From positions 1-61,291 of the forward strand of contig JBKJHI010000071.1 of the NCBI GenBank assembly GCA_046599085.1: a stretch of 61,291 nucleotides of DNA. Direction: 5' to 3'. The position numbers and the translations under genes are program-made. Positions 35,730 through 45,552 of this stretch are shown piece by piece. The notes beneath the pieces were generated by a model. That model worked only from the letters and a program-made list of their open reading frames with translations. It was not told the DNA's origin and searched no databases. The DNA comes from Candidatus Limnocylindrales bacterium. GTDB lineage: Bacteria > Chloroflexota > Limnocylindria > Limnocylindrales > CSP1-4. Each line of letters begins with the position of its first letter. Within the stretch, counting starts at the first letter, position 1.

Positions 35730-37226
35730 TCAAACCTCTGGACTCCGGACCGCATCCAGCGCGCGATCCAGTCGCGCGAGGACGCGGTCGCGGCCGAGCG
35801 CCACGAGCGTGTCGAACAGTGGTGGTGTCGCGGTGCGGCCAGTGACGGCGACGCGGATGGCCATGAACAGGTCGCCGGCCTTCCAGCCGCGGGCCTCGGC
35901 CAAGGCTCGCAGCGGCGGCTCCAGTTCGTCGGCCTCGAAGACGACGTCCCCGACTGCTGCGATCGTCTCTCGTGCGGCGGCCAGGCCGTCGCGCGTCATC
36001 GCCGCGTCCCAGCGCTTGGGGACCAGCATCGCGGCGTCCACGCCCACGTCGTCCACCCACAGGAACCCGACGAGGTCGCCGACAGCGCCCAGCGTGGGCA
36101 GCCGCTCCTGGACCACGGGGAGGAGCGACCGCAACTCGTCGTCCGACGGCATCCACGAGATCCGCCCGGCGGTCAGCTCGGCCTCCACGAACGGCCGTAG
36201 CCGATCGATCAGGTCGTCCGCCGACAGTCGCCTGATCCACTGGCCATTGAGCCACTCGAGCCGTTCGCGATCGAACACGGCTCCGCCCTTGTGCACGGCG
36301 CCGATGTCGAACCGTTCGACGATCTCGTCCAGCGACAGGATCTCGTCCTCCGTACCGGTCGCCCAGCCGAGCAGGGCGAGGTAGTTGACGAGCGCCTCGC
36401 GGATGAACCCCTGGGCGATGTAGTCGCCGACCGCGGTCTGACTCTTGCGCTTGCTCATCTTGGAGCGATCCGCGTTGAGGATGAGCGGCAGGTGGGCGAA
36501 GCGCGGCGGCTCGTGGCCCAGGGCGCGGAACAGCAGGATGTGCTTCGGCGTGTTGGACAGGTGATCCTCGCCGCGGATGACCTCGGTGATGCCCATCGCC
36601 GCGTCATCGACCACGACGGTGAAGTGGTACAGCGGATTGCCGTCTGCCCGCACGATGACGAAGTCGCCGCCGAGGTTGCTGACATCGATCTCGACGCGGC
36701 CGCGGACGATGTCGTCGAAGACGACGGTCCCCTCCCCCACCCGGAATCGCAGGGCGCCGCGGCGGCCCTCGGCCTCGCGTTCACGACGCTCCGCGGGCGT
36801 GAGGCTCGCGCAGCGGCCAACGTACTTGGGTGGCAGCTTCGCGGCCTCGCGCGCGGCGCGGTCAGCCGCGAGTTCGTCGGTCGAGCAGAAGCAGGGATAG
36901 GCCAGATCGTCGGCCAGGAGCCGTTGCGCCGCGGCGGCATAGCTCGGGAGGCGCTCCATCTGGCGGTACGGGCCATGCGGACCCTTGCTCGGCTCGCCGG
37001 CGACCTCGGGGCCCTCGTCCCATGCGAGTCCGAGCCAGTGCAGGCCGTCGAGGATGTCCTGTTCGAATCCGACCGTGCTGCGCACGACGTCCGTATCCTC
37101 GAGGCGGAGGAGGAACGTGCCGCCGACGTGACGGGCGTGGAGGAAATTGAACAGCGCCGTTCGCGCCGTGCCGATATGCAGCGGCCCGGTCGGGCTCGGG
37201 GCGATGCGAACGCGCGAGGTCGTCAT
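35730..37226 (-). CDS. gltX: glutamate--tRNA ligase
   Basis: 498 aa from MTTSRVRIAPSPTGPLHIGTARTALFN (HIGH motif) with KMSKR. Confidence 0.95.
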   Translation of the reverse strand: MTTSRVRIAPSPTGPLHIGTARTALFNFLHARHVGGTFLLRLEDTDVVRSTVGFEQDILDGLHWLGLAWDEGPEVAGEPSKGPHGPYRQMERLPSYAAAAQRLLADDLAYPCFCSTDELAADRAAREAAKLPPKYVGRCASLTPAERREREAEGRRGALRFRVGEGTVVFDDIVRGRVEIDVSNLGGDFVIVRADGNPLYHFTVVVDDAAMGITEVIRGEDHLSNTPKHILLFRALGHEPPRFAHLPLILNADRSKMSKRKSQTAVGDYIAQGFIREALVNYLALLGWATGTEDEILSLDEIVERFDIGAVHKGGAVFDRERLEWLNGQWIRRLSADDLIDRLRPFVEAELTAGRISWMPSDDELRSLLPVVQERLPTLGAVGDLVGFLWVDDVGVDAAMLVPKRWDAAMTRDGLAAARETIAAVGDVVFEADELEPPLRALAEARGWKAGDLFMAIRVAVTGRTATPPLFDTLVALGRDRVLARLDRALDAVRSPEV

Positions 37227-37975
37227 GAGCCCGTCGTGCCGCCCATGGCCGCCGCCGGCACGCGATGGAACAACTCGGGATCGGCATCGCCAGGCAGGAC
37301 GCGGACCAGCGCCGCAGGACGGAGACCCAGGGTCGCCCGTCCGAGCGGCCCCTCGAGCGTCAGGGAATCGAGCGAGCCGGAACGCGCCAGGATCGTCACC
37401 GACGCTCCTGGCTTGAGGGCGCGTGCTTCCAGGTACGACAGCAGGCCGGCGTCCTCTTCGGCCTCCTCCGTGATCCGGTAGATCGTGGCGCGCGAACCGG
37501 CCTCCACTTCGGACAGGCGGATGCCGGCGGGTCGCCGCTTCGCGATCGCCGCGTCGATGGGGTTGCCGTGCGGGCAGGTCTCGGGATGGCCCAGGAGCTC
37601 GTCGAGCCGTGCCTCGACCCGCGGGGAGATCGCGCCCTGGAGGCGCATCGCTTCCTCGTCGGATTCCGCCCATCCGAGGCCGACCACGCTGGTCAGCAAC
37701 CATTCGATGAGGGCGTGGCGTCGGAAGATCGCGTCGGCGGCGGCACGGCCGGCCGTCGTGAGTCGCAGACCGCGGTCCTCCGCGTGCTCGACCAGTCCAT
37801 CGGCGGTGAGTCGGCGGAACATCTCGCTGGCCGCCTGCGTGGTCACCCCGAGGTGTCGGGCGATCCCGGCCGCGGACACGCGGGCGCCATCGCCGCTCCC
37901 CGCCGTCACGCGCAAGGCGAGCAGGTACTCCTGGGCGGCGGCGGACAGGTCGCGGGGATCGCTTCGTCGGGGCAT
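37223..37975 (-). CDS. DtxR/IdeR/MntR-family metal-dependent repressor with C-terminal FeoA/SH3-like domain
   Basis: 250 aa from MPRRSDPRD. wHTH domain, metal-site region HALIEWLL...CPHGNPI and a C-terminal SH3-like segment. The stop overlaps the gltX start (ATGA). Confidence 0.85.
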   Translation of the reverse strand: MPRRSDPRDLSAAAQEYLLALRVTAGSGDGARVSAAGIARHLGVTTQAASEMFRRLTADGLVEHAEDRGLRLTTAGRAAADAIFRRHALIEWLLTSVVGLGWAESDEEAMRLQGAISPRVEARLDELLGHPETCPHGNPIDAAIAKRRPAGIRLSEVEAGSRATIYRITEEAEEDAGLLSYLEARALKPGASVTILARSGSLDSLTLEGPLGRATLGLRPAALVRVLPGDADPELFHRVPAAAMGGTTGS

Positions 37976-37982
37976 CTCGGCC

Positions 37983-39206
37983 TCAGGATACGGGACCGGG
38001 CGCTCGCCGGACCTCCCGCACGACCGACAGGGTGACGCCGAGCAGCCAGGCGCCCACCAGCGCCATCGCGAAGCCGACCGGGATCGGGCCCGGCGTCCCA
38101 CGATCGGCGACCTCCGGGATGACGAGGGAGCCCGCGACCGCGACGACGGCGACAGCGACGGAGCCCACGGCCGTGATGCGTGCCACCAACGGCACGATGA
38201 GCAGGATCGCCAGCATCGCGACATCGACGATCGAGACGAACGGCAGATCGATGGCCGTGCAGCCCGCGGCGGACGCGCCGCACCCATCGATGGAGCCTGC
38301 CAGCGCACCGATGCCGGCCGCGAGGGGCACCCAGGCGAGCAACGCGATCCCGACGCGTTCCAGGAGCCCGAACCGCCTGGGGCGCAGCCACCGATCCCGG
38401 ACGGCAGCGGCCGACGGGCCATCATTCGCATCGGTCGAGGCCGCGCTGGCGGCCGCATTGGCGGCAGCCTCGGCGTTCACATCGGCAGACGCCTCGTCCG
38501 GCGCGGCACCAGCGGTCGCTTCCCACCACGACTCGGTGGTGTGGGTCGGGGTCTCCGTCGGCGGGATCGGTTCTTCACCAACGGCGCGCGGGTCAGCTGC
38601 CCCCACAGACGCCGGCGGGACCGGGTCGACGACCTCCCGACGAGCCCGCCGGGCCCGTGCCTGGTACTCCGCTCCGTGCTTGCGCGGATCGGCGTACTCC
38701 TTTGGGTTGAGCGTCCAGTACGTCCCGGACGTCGTGCCGTACCACGAGGCGCCGCCCCAGTCGGGCTCGAACGGCTGTCCCTCCGTCCCGTCGTAGGACG
38801 TGGAGCCGGGCGTGGCGAGATTCGATGCGCGCTGCGGGTTCTCGGCGCCGTCCGGCGGGGGCGACGGCTCTTCCGGACGCGGTCCGCGCGGCGCCCGCGC
38901 ACCCGGTCGCGGGCCTCGGTTCCTTGCCCCGTACGCCCGCTTCGTGGCATCGGCCCGGGCGGGGTCCGCGTCCCAGGGGCGCTGTGGCGGCGACGGACGC
39001 CCACGGCCGCGAGTCTCGTCCGTGGCACCTGGACCGGCGATCGCCTCGTAGGCCGCCTTGATGGCCAGGAATCGCGGCACGGCGGTCTCTCCGGCGGTAT
39101 CCGGGTGATTGGCCTTGGCCAACCGTCGATAGGCGCGCTTGACCTGCTCGATGGTGGCGTCCCGGCCAAGGCCGAGCGTGCGATATGGATCGGCGGGTGA
39201 TGCCAT
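37983..39206 (-). CDS. membrane-anchored J-domain protein
   Basis: 407 aa from MASPADPYRTLGL...KANHPDTAG (HPD). Long Pro/Arg/Gly-rich linker and about 4 C-terminal TM helices. Lies 7 nt upstream of the DtxR-family gene. Confidence 0.7.
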   Translation of the reverse strand: MASPADPYRTLGLGRDATIEQVKRAYRRLAKANHPDTAGETAVPRFLAIKAAYEAIAGPGATDETRGRGRPSPPQRPWDADPARADATKRAYGARNRGPRPGARAPRGPRPEEPSPPPDGAENPQRASNLATPGSTSYDGTEGQPFEPDWGGASWYGTTSGTYWTLNPKEYADPRKHGAEYQARARRARREVVDPVPPASVGAADPRAVGEEPIPPTETPTHTTESWWEATAGAAPDEASADVNAEAAANAAASAASTDANDGPSAAAVRDRWLRPRRFGLLERVGIALLAWVPLAAGIGALAGSIDGCGASAAGCTAIDLPFVSIVDVAMLAILLIVPLVARITAVGSVAVAVVAVAGSLVIPEVADRGTPGPIPVGFAMALVGAWLLGVTLSVVREVRRAPGPVS

Positions 39207-39238
39207 CAGGTCAGGCGGTTCGCTCCTGGTCGCGGTCG

Positions 39239-39260
39239 GTCGGCGGCGGCAGCCGCCGAC
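39239..39260 (-). terminator. GC-rich hairpin after the asparaginase-II-like gene
   Basis: GTCGGCGGC-ggca-GCCGCCGAC, a perfect 9-bp stem, 8 nt past the stop at 39268. No U-tract. Confidence 0.35.
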
Positions 39261-39267
39261 GAGTGGG

Positions 39268-40407
39268 TCAGCTGATCCGCTCGCCCACGGGCGCGAGATC
39301 GAATGCGGCCACCGCCTCGGCCGCGACCCGGCCGTGCGGGTCGAGGATGGCGGGCCGGTGATAGCGGGACAGGACCCGCAGGGACTGGCCATCGAGCACG
39401 CCCGCCTGGCGCAGGGCCTCGACAGAGGCGGCCCACGTCCCGCGATCGTACCCATCACCGTCTTCGATCTTGACCGCCATCCCGGATGTCCCGCCACCGT
39501 TCGTTGCGGCGCCGCGGGCCGTCGCCAAGATCCCGATCCCGCGCAGGGCCTCCATGCCAGCCTTGCTGATCAAGGCCCCAGGCACGGCCTTCATCAGCGA
39601 CGTGTCCAGGCGATCGTGTCGTCCGCCGACCATCTCCGGCTCGGCCAGCATGGCGTCGCGGACGATCGTCAGCGAGTCGGCCACCGATGCGCGCGGATCC
39701 GGCGCGGACACCGCCGACGGGTCGGCGAGGAAGGCGTACGCCTGGGCGACCTGCCGCAGCGGGAAGGCGTAGGTCTGCACGCCACAGCCGTCGATCGCGG
39801 TCACGAGCTGGTCCGGCGTCGTGCCGAACGCCCGCGCCACCGCCGATCGGTAGGCCACCTGCGACGGGTGCTCGGGCCGCCAGTACGTCTCCAGATCCCA
39901 GTCGTGCAGTCGCGACAGCAGGAGCGACACCGCGTGTTGACCGGAGCACATGTGGCGGACAGGCCCGGCCTTCTCACCGTCGCGCGCCAGGCGCGATGCC
40001 GTCAGCGCATCGAGCGGCATGGCCTCGTTGCCGCAGGCCAGCAGGGTCTGGCTCACGCCGGCTCGGCGGAACATGGCCTGGATCGTCCGGACATGGATGT
40101 CCTCGCCGCTGTGCGACGAGGCCAGGATCGCGATCTCGCTCGACTCCAGGCCGAATGCCTCGATCCCGCCCGCTTCGATGAGCGCGACGGCGCCGAACGG
40201 CTTGACCGTCGAGCGCAGGGTCACCAGGCGCTCGGCATCGCCAAGCTGGCGAAGGATGCGACCGGTCACGTCGACTTCGACGATGTCGCCGCGGTGGACG
40301 CTCTCCTCGATCCCGTTGCGCATGAGGCGCACGAGGATCGGCGTCGCCGGCCGCACCGAACGGCTGGCGCGGCTCGTCCGGGGTTTTGCGCGCTCGGAGA
40401 CCGTCAT
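39268..40407 (-). CDS. asparaginase II family protein (Rhizobium-type L-asparaginase-like)
   Basis: 379 aa from MTVSERAK. Pattern ESVHRGDIVEV...RSTVKPFG...ASSHSGEDIH...MCSGQHA matches the family signature as I know it. Confidence 0.7.
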   Translation of the reverse strand: MTVSERAKPRTSRASRSVRPATPILVRLMRNGIEESVHRGDIVEVDVTGRILRQLGDAERLVTLRSTVKPFGAVALIEAGGIEAFGLESSEIAILASSHSGEDIHVRTIQAMFRRAGVSQTLLACGNEAMPLDALTASRLARDGEKAGPVRHMCSGQHAVSLLLSRLHDWDLETYWRPEHPSQVAYRSAVARAFGTTPDQLVTAIDGCGVQTYAFPLRQVAQAYAFLADPSAVSAPDPRASVADSLTIVRDAMLAEPEMVGGRHDRLDTSLMKAVPGALISKAGMEALRGIGILATARGAATNGGGTSGMAVKIEDGDGYDRGTWAASVEALRQAGVLDGQSLRVLSRYHRPAILDPHGRVAAEAVAAFDLAPVGERIS

Positions 40408-40471
40408 CCGACGAGGATACGCTGGGAGGGCCGGCGCGGCCACGTCAGGACGACCACTTGACACGCTGTGA

Positions 40472-40488
40472 ATACTAGGGGGGAGTAT
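40472..40488. promoter_or_regulatory. dyad-symmetric operator candidate (ATACT-AGGGGGG-AGTAT) in the copB promoter region
   Basis: 5-bp arms around a G6 core, 27 nt upstream of the copB ATG. TTGACA at 40458-40463. It resembles CsoR-type (G/C core flanked by TA-rich arms) or MerR/CueR-type sites. Confidence 0.4.
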
Positions 40489-40514
40489 CAACCCACACCG
40501 AAGGACCCTGCCCG

Positions 40515-42617
40515 ATGGACGCCCACCACGACCATGATCCGATGTCGCACGACGCCGCCTCGGCGCCGAGTGCGCCGCACGCCACGGACGGTGGCCACGC
40601 TGGTCACGCCGGAGGCGGTGGACACGACGGGCATGGCCCGGCCGCAGGGGGCCACGACAAGCACGCCGGTCACTCGGTGGCGATGTTCCGTGACAAGTTC
40701 TGGCTGAGCCTGCTGCTGACCGTGCCGGTCATCATCTGGAGCCACGACCCCCAGGAGTGGCTCGGCTACATGGCGCCGATGTTCCCGGGGTCCGACTGGC
40801 TGCCGGCGATCCTCGGCACGATCGTGTTCCTGTACGGCGGGCTGGTCTTCCTGCGTGGGGGCCTCGGCGAACTGCGCGATCGCACGCCAGGGATGATGAC
40901 CCTCATCTCGATGGCCATCATCGTCGCGTTCGGGACGTCGTGGGCGGGCACGCTCGGCTGGTTCGAGGTCGAGATCTGGTGGGAGCTCGCGACCCTCATC
41001 ACGATCATGTTGCTTGGTCACTGGCTGGAGATGCGCTCGATCGCCCAGGCGCAGGGCGCGCTCGCGGCCCTCGCGGCACTCCTCCCCGACAGCGCCGAAC
41101 GCGTGACGCCGACCGGGACGGAGACCGTCTCACTCGCGGATCTCGCCGTCGGTGATGTCGTCCTGGTGCGACCGGGGACGCGGGTCCCGGCCGATGGAGT
41201 CGTCGCGGATGGCGCCGCGGACGTGGACGAATCGATGATCACCGGCGAATCCCGCTCAGTGGCGAAGGTGGCCGGCGACAAGGTCGTCGCGGGAACGATC
41301 GCCGCCGGCGGCTCACTCCGGATCCGGGTCGACGCGGTCGGCGAGGGTACGGCGCTGTCCGGGATCATGCGCCTCGTGGCGACCGCCCAGGCCTCGGCGT
41401 CCCGCGCCCAGGCGCTGGCCGATCGCGCGGCGGCTCTGCTGTTCTATGTCGCGCTGGCCTCGGGGATCGTGACCTTCGTGGTGTGGACCGCGCTCGGCGA
41501 CACCGAGGGTGCACTCCTGCGCACCGCCACCGTGCTCGTGATCGCGTGCCCCCACGCGCTCGGCCTCGCCATCCCCCTCGTCATCGCGATCTCGACCTCA
41601 CTCGGGGCACGCAACGGGCTGCTGGTCAAGGACCGACTCGCCCTCGAGCGAGCCCGCGACCTCGATGTCGTCATCTTCGACAAGACCGGAACGCTGACCC
41701 TTGGCGCACCCGCGGTGGCCGCCATGGTGGCTGTGAACGGCCGCACCGAGGATGACCTGCTCGCGCTGGCGGCGGCCGTCGAGGGCGATTCGGAGCACCC
41801 GCTGGCCCGGGCCATCGTCGAGGCCGCAACGGAACGGGGTCTCGCCACGCCCGGTGCGACGGACTTCCGTTCCCTTGCCGGTCGCGGGGCGGGCGCCATG
41901 GTCGATGGACGACGCATCGAGGTCGGCGGCCCACGCCTGCTCCAGGAGGCCGGCGGCTCTCCGCTGCCCGCCAGCGAGGCCTGGGCGGCCGAGGGCTGGA
42001 CCATCCTCCACGTCCTGGCCGACGGCGAGGTCATCGGCGCCCTGGCGCTCGAGGACGCGATCCGGCCCGAATCGAAGGAAGCGGTCGATCGTCTGCATGC
42101 GCTCGGCGTGCGGGTTGCGATGATCACCGGAGACGCCCAGTCCGTCGCGGATTCGGTCGCCCGCAGGCTCGGTATCGATGAAGTCGCCGCGCAGGTCCTG
42201 CCGGCCGACAAGGCGGCCGCCGTCGAGCGGTTCCAGGCCGGGGGCCGACGGGTCGCGATGGTCGGCGACGGCGTCAATGACGCTCCGGCGCTTGCCACCG
42301 CAGACGTCGGGATCGCCATCGGGGCGGGCACGGACGTCGCCGTCGAGTCGGCCGGGATCGTCCTGGTCCGCTCGGACCCGCGCGATGTCGTCGGTGCGAT
42401 CCGGCTATCCAAGGCGAGTTACGCGAAGATGGTCCAGAACCTCATCTGGGCGACCGGCTACAACGTCATCGCGATCCCGGTCGCAGCCGGCGTGCTGGTC
42501 CCCTGGGGGATCGACCTCCCGATGGCGGTCGGTGCCGTGGCCATGAGCGTGTCCACGATCGTGGTCGCGGCCAACGCCCAGCTCCTGCGCCGGGAGGACC
42601 TTCGGCCCACTTCGTGA
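40515..42617 (+). CDS. copB: copper-exporting P1B-type ATPase, CopB-like (CPH motif, His-rich N-terminus)
   Basis: 700 aa. N-terminal HHDHD...GGHAGHAGGGGHDGHG...HDKHAGH, TM6 motif CPH (VIACPHALGLA), DKTGTLT and GDGVNDAPAL. Confidence 0.9.
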   Translation: MDAHHDHDPMSHDAASAPSAPHATDGGHAGHAGGGGHDGHGPAAGGHDKHAGHSVAMFRDKFWLSLLLTVPVIIWSHDPQEWLGYMAPMFPGSDWLPAILGTIVFLYGGLVFLRGGLGELRDRTPGMMTLISMAIIVAFGTSWAGTLGWFEVEIWWELATLITIMLLGHWLEMRSIAQAQGALAALAALLPDSAERVTPTGTETVSLADLAVGDVVLVRPGTRVPADGVVADGAADVDESMITGESRSVAKVAGDKVVAGTIAAGGSLRIRVDAVGEGTALSGIMRLVATAQASASRAQALADRAAALLFYVALASGIVTFVVWTALGDTEGALLRTATVLVIACPHALGLAIPLVIAISTSLGARNGLLVKDRLALERARDLDVVIFDKTGTLTLGAPAVAAMVAVNGRTEDDLLALAAAVEGDSEHPLARAIVEAATERGLATPGATDFRSLAGRGAGAMVDGRRIEVGGPRLLQEAGGSPLPASEAWAAEGWTILHVLADGEVIGALALEDAIRPESKEAVDRLHALGVRVAMITGDAQSVADSVARRLGIDEVAAQVLPADKAAAVERFQAGGRRVAMVGDGVNDAPALATADVGIAIGAGTDVAVESAGIVLVRSDPRDVVGAIRLSKASYAKMVQNLIWATGYNVIAIPVAAGVLVPWGIDLPMAVGAVAMSVSTIVVAANAQLLRREDLRPTS

Positions 42618-42690
42618 CGCGACATCGGTTTGCTAGGGTTTCAGTACACGCGGCACGGGGACCGCGTGCCCGCCCTGGAGTGTCGACCCG

Positions 42691-43479
42691 ATGCCGACCA
42701 CCGTCCTGCGCCGGATTGGCACGTCGCTCGCCGTCGTCCTTGCCGTCGTCCTGACGGTCGCAGCCTGCGGCGTGGGTGGCAGCGCGCGTCCGACGATGAA
42801 CACCGTCCCGGTCAACCCGATCCGGCCCCGCCTGACGCCGTCGCCCGGCCCCCAGGACGAGGCCATCGCCAGGTTCGTGGAGCTCGTCATGGCCGAGGAC
42901 TTCAGCTATCGGGTCGCCTTCAAGGGCGGGGTCGGCCTGTCGACGGCGCAGCTCCCGATCGACGGACGGACCGACGTCGCGGGTGCGGACTTCACCACGA
43001 CCTTCACGTACGACTTCAGCAAGGAGCTCAAGAAGTTCCCGGACCTGCCGGATCACATGAAGCTGTCCGTCCGCGGCGTGGACGGCAAGGGCTACATGCG
43101 TCGGGACAGCGGGTCGTGGTCGAAGATCAAGGTCGGTGCCAAGGGCGAGACGTCGACGGCATTCTGGGCGGTCACGGCCCCGAAGGACATCACGTTCGTG
43201 GCGACCGACGAGCGCGAGTCCGGCACCTTCTACCGGATCCTCGTGCCGAACGCCGTCCTCATCCACCCGATCACGGTCCCGTATAGCGTCCGGGCGGAGA
43301 AGGTGCGGACGACGTCGCTGGAGATCCTCATCGACGCCGACGGGCGACCGGTGATCGGCACCTGGAAGGCCTCGAACCAGGCACGTGTCGGACAGAGCGG
43401 CCAGCTCCAGGGCATCGCCTACGAATTGCGGCTGACCTTCTCGAGGCTCGGCGAGCCCGTGGAGATCAGCAAGCCCTGA
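42691..43479 (+). CDS. hypothetical lipoprotein
   Basis: Signal peptide with lipobox LTVAACG. 262 aa, predicted beta-rich. I recognise no family. Confidence 0.6.
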   Translation: MPTTVLRRIGTSLAVVLAVVLTVAACGVGGSARPTMNTVPVNPIRPRLTPSPGPQDEAIARFVELVMAEDFSYRVAFKGGVGLSTAQLPIDGRTDVAGADFTTTFTYDFSKELKKFPDLPDHMKLSVRGVDGKGYMRRDSGSWSKIKVGAKGETSTAFWAVTAPKDITFVATDERESGTFYRILVPNAVLIHPITVPYSVRAEKVRTTSLEILIDADGRPVIGTWKASNQARVGQSGQLQGIAYELRLTFSRLGEPVEISKP

Positions 43480-43491
43480 TCATCGCCCGCC

Positions 43492-44136
43492 TCAGTCGGT
43501 GTGGCCGGTCCCGAACTGGCGATCGCCGGCGTCGCCGAGGCCGGGCATGATGTAGCCCTTCTCGTTGAGGCCGCGATCGAGCGCCGCGCAGTGGATCTCG
43601 ACATCGGGATGCGCGTCCTGGACGGCCTTCACGCCTTCCGGCGCGGCGATGAGGTTGACGAGCTTGATCCGGACGGCGCCCCACTTCTTGAGCACATCGA
43701 TGGCGGCCGTGGCGCTGCCGCCGGTCGCAAGCATCGGATCGAGGATGAGGCACAGGTCGACGGTCGCGGAGTCCGGCAGCTTGTTGTAGTACTCGACCGG
43801 GCGCAGGGTCCGCTCGTCGCGGAACAGACCCAGGTGCCAGACCTGCGCGGTCGGCATCAGTTCGAGCATCGCATCGACCATGCCGAGCCCTGCGCGCAGG
43901 ATCGGCACGAGACCGATGCGCTCGCCGAGTTCGGCCGCCTCCATCGATTCCATCGGCGTCTCGATCGTCTTCGGCCGAACGCCTGCGTCCTGGAGCGCCT
44001 CGTAGCCGAGCAGCCAGCTCAGTTCGCGGACGATCTCGCGGAACTTCTTGGGCTCCGTCTCGACGTCGCGCAGGATCGCCAGCTTGTGGAGGATGGCCGG
44101 GTGCCGCGAGACATGGAGCGTGGTGGGTTCGGTCAC
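43492..44136 (-). CDS. upp: uracil phosphoribosyltransferase
   Basis: 214 aa. [26 protein letters not shown] loop [13 protein letters not shown] and C-terminal [12 protein letters not shown]. Confidence 0.95.
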   Translation of the reverse strand: MTEPTTLHVSRHPAILHKLAILRDVETEPKKFREIVRELSWLLGYEALQDAGVRPKTIETPMESMEAAELGERIGLVPILRAGLGMVDAMLELMPTAQVWHLGLFRDERTLRPVEYYNKLPDSATVDLCLILDPMLATGGSATAAIDVLKKWGAVRIKLVNLIAAPEGVKAVQDAHPDVEIHCAALDRGLNEKGYIMPGLGDAGDRQFGTGHTD

Positions 44137-44194
44137 TCGGGCATCCTAGCGCGCCGCTGGGCAGAGTGCCGCCGCCGCGGCGCGACCCCACGAA

Positions 44195-44227
44195 GAACGG
44201 CCGGCCCCGGTGCGGGGCCAGCCGTTC
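44195..44227 (-). terminator. strong GC-rich hairpin downstream of the ABC substrate-binding gene
   Basis: On the minus strand GAACGGCTGGCCCCG-cac-CGGGGCCGGCCGTTC is followed by TTCGTGG. It lies 56 nt after the stop at 44283. Confidence 0.5.
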
Positions 44228-44282
44228 GACGATCCACGGTGAGCCCGCGGCGCGGCGGAACCGCGCCACGAGCCGGGTACGG

Positions 44283-45446
44283 CTAGTTGCCTCCGGCGGT
44301 CACTTCGACGGTGCCCTTCACGAAGGACGCGCCCTTCGTGTCGGCGTCGGCGAGCTCGGCCAGGGCCGCCTCGGCCAGATCCGTCCGGTACGCGTCGGCG
44401 GGCGGCGCGGCCTTGATGATCCCGGCCGCGAGCGAGACGTCGACCGTCTGCTGCCACAGCGCAGGATCCATGAGGCCGATGCCGTTCGCGGAGGGCCAGA
44501 CCAGCGGGTTGATCTCGTTCATCATCCAGCGCTGGTGGCCGGCCGGCAGCTGCGACCCGGCGTTGACCGTGTACTGGATGCAGTCGTCCGGATTGTCCCG
44601 GCAGTAGATCCAGCCCTGGAACGAGGCCTTGAGGAAGGCCTGGGTCACGGCTTCGTTGCCGTCCTCGCCGAGCCACGCGGCCCGGACGAACAGGGCGTCC
44701 TGGAGCATCGCCGAGCCCTCGTCGTTCCAGTTGATCACGTTCAGATCGGTCGGCTGATACAGCTCCCCGGTCTCCGGGTTGGCCGCCTCGAGGACCTGAG
44801 CGTACTCGTTGTAGATCATCGCCTCGGCGACGTCGATCTCCCGCGAGAGCAGCAGGGTCATGTCGAACGGCTGGATGACCTTCTCGTAATCCGTCCCCTG
44901 CTCGAGCCCGACCAACTTGGCGCCGGCCGTGACCTCGTACTCGTTGCCGAAGTCCCAGACGCCGATCTTCTTGCCCTTGAAATCGGCCGGCTTGGTGATG
45001 TTCGAATCCTTCCACGACACCGACAGCGTGCCGGAGCGCTGGAAGATCTGGGCGACGTTCACGAGGTCCGATCCGGCCTCGCGGGCCTCGAGGACCTTCG
45101 GCACCCAGCTGATCGTGAACTCCGGGCCGTCGGGCGCGGAGCCGACCTGCTGCGGGACGACCGTCGGACCGCCGTCCATGATCGTCACGTCAAGGCCGGC
45201 GGCCTCGAAGTAGCCCTGCTCCTTGGCCGCGAAGTAGCCAGCGAACTGGGCCTGCGGCGTCCACTGGAGCTGCAGCCGGACCGCGGTCATCTCGGCCGCC
45301 GGCGATCCCGACGGTGCCTCGGTCGCCGGTCCGCTCGTCGGGGCGCCGCTGTCGGGCGCGGTGGTCGCGCCGCCGCCACTCGAGCACGCGGCCAACAGGA
45401 TACTGGCCGAGCCGGCCAGCGCCAGGATCGTCCTGGATCGCTTCAT
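44283..45446 (-). CDS. ABC transporter substrate-binding lipoprotein, NMT1/THI5-SsuA/TauA-like
   Basis: 387 aa. Lipobox LLAACSSG. The pattern RLQLQWTPQAQFAGYF is typical of the NMT1/aliphatic-sulfonate binding family. Confidence 0.8.
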   Translation of the reverse strand: MKRSRTILALAGSASILLAACSSGGGATTAPDSGAPTSGPATEAPSGSPAAEMTAVRLQLQWTPQAQFAGYFAAKEQGYFEAAGLDVTIMDGGPTVVPQQVGSAPDGPEFTISWVPKVLEAREAGSDLVNVAQIFQRSGTLSVSWKDSNITKPADFKGKKIGVWDFGNEYEVTAGAKLVGLEQGTDYEKVIQPFDMTLLLSREIDVAEAMIYNEYAQVLEAANPETGELYQPTDLNVINWNDEGSAMLQDALFVRAAWLGEDGNEAVTQAFLKASFQGWIYCRDNPDDCIQYTVNAGSQLPAGHQRWMMNEINPLVWPSANGIGLMDPALWQQTVDVSLAAGIIKAAPPADAYRTDLAEAALAELADADTKGASFVKGTVEVTAGGN

Positions 45447-45468
45447 GTCGTAACTCCTCCTCCAAGAT

Positions 45469-45484
45469 GTGGCCGATCGGCCAC
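45469..45484. promoter_or_regulatory. perfect 16-bp palindrome GTGGCCGATCGGCCAC just upstream of the binding-protein RBS
   Basis: Read directly. It lies in the 106-nt gap between the permease stop (45553) and the binding-protein start (45446), with GGAGGAGG between it and the ATG on the minus strand. Confidence 0.4.
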
Positions 45485-45552
45485 GTCGATGGTCTCCTCC
45501 GTCGTCGCTCGCGCGGCCTCCTCGTGCGAACCACGGTCCCGACGAAGCCTCT

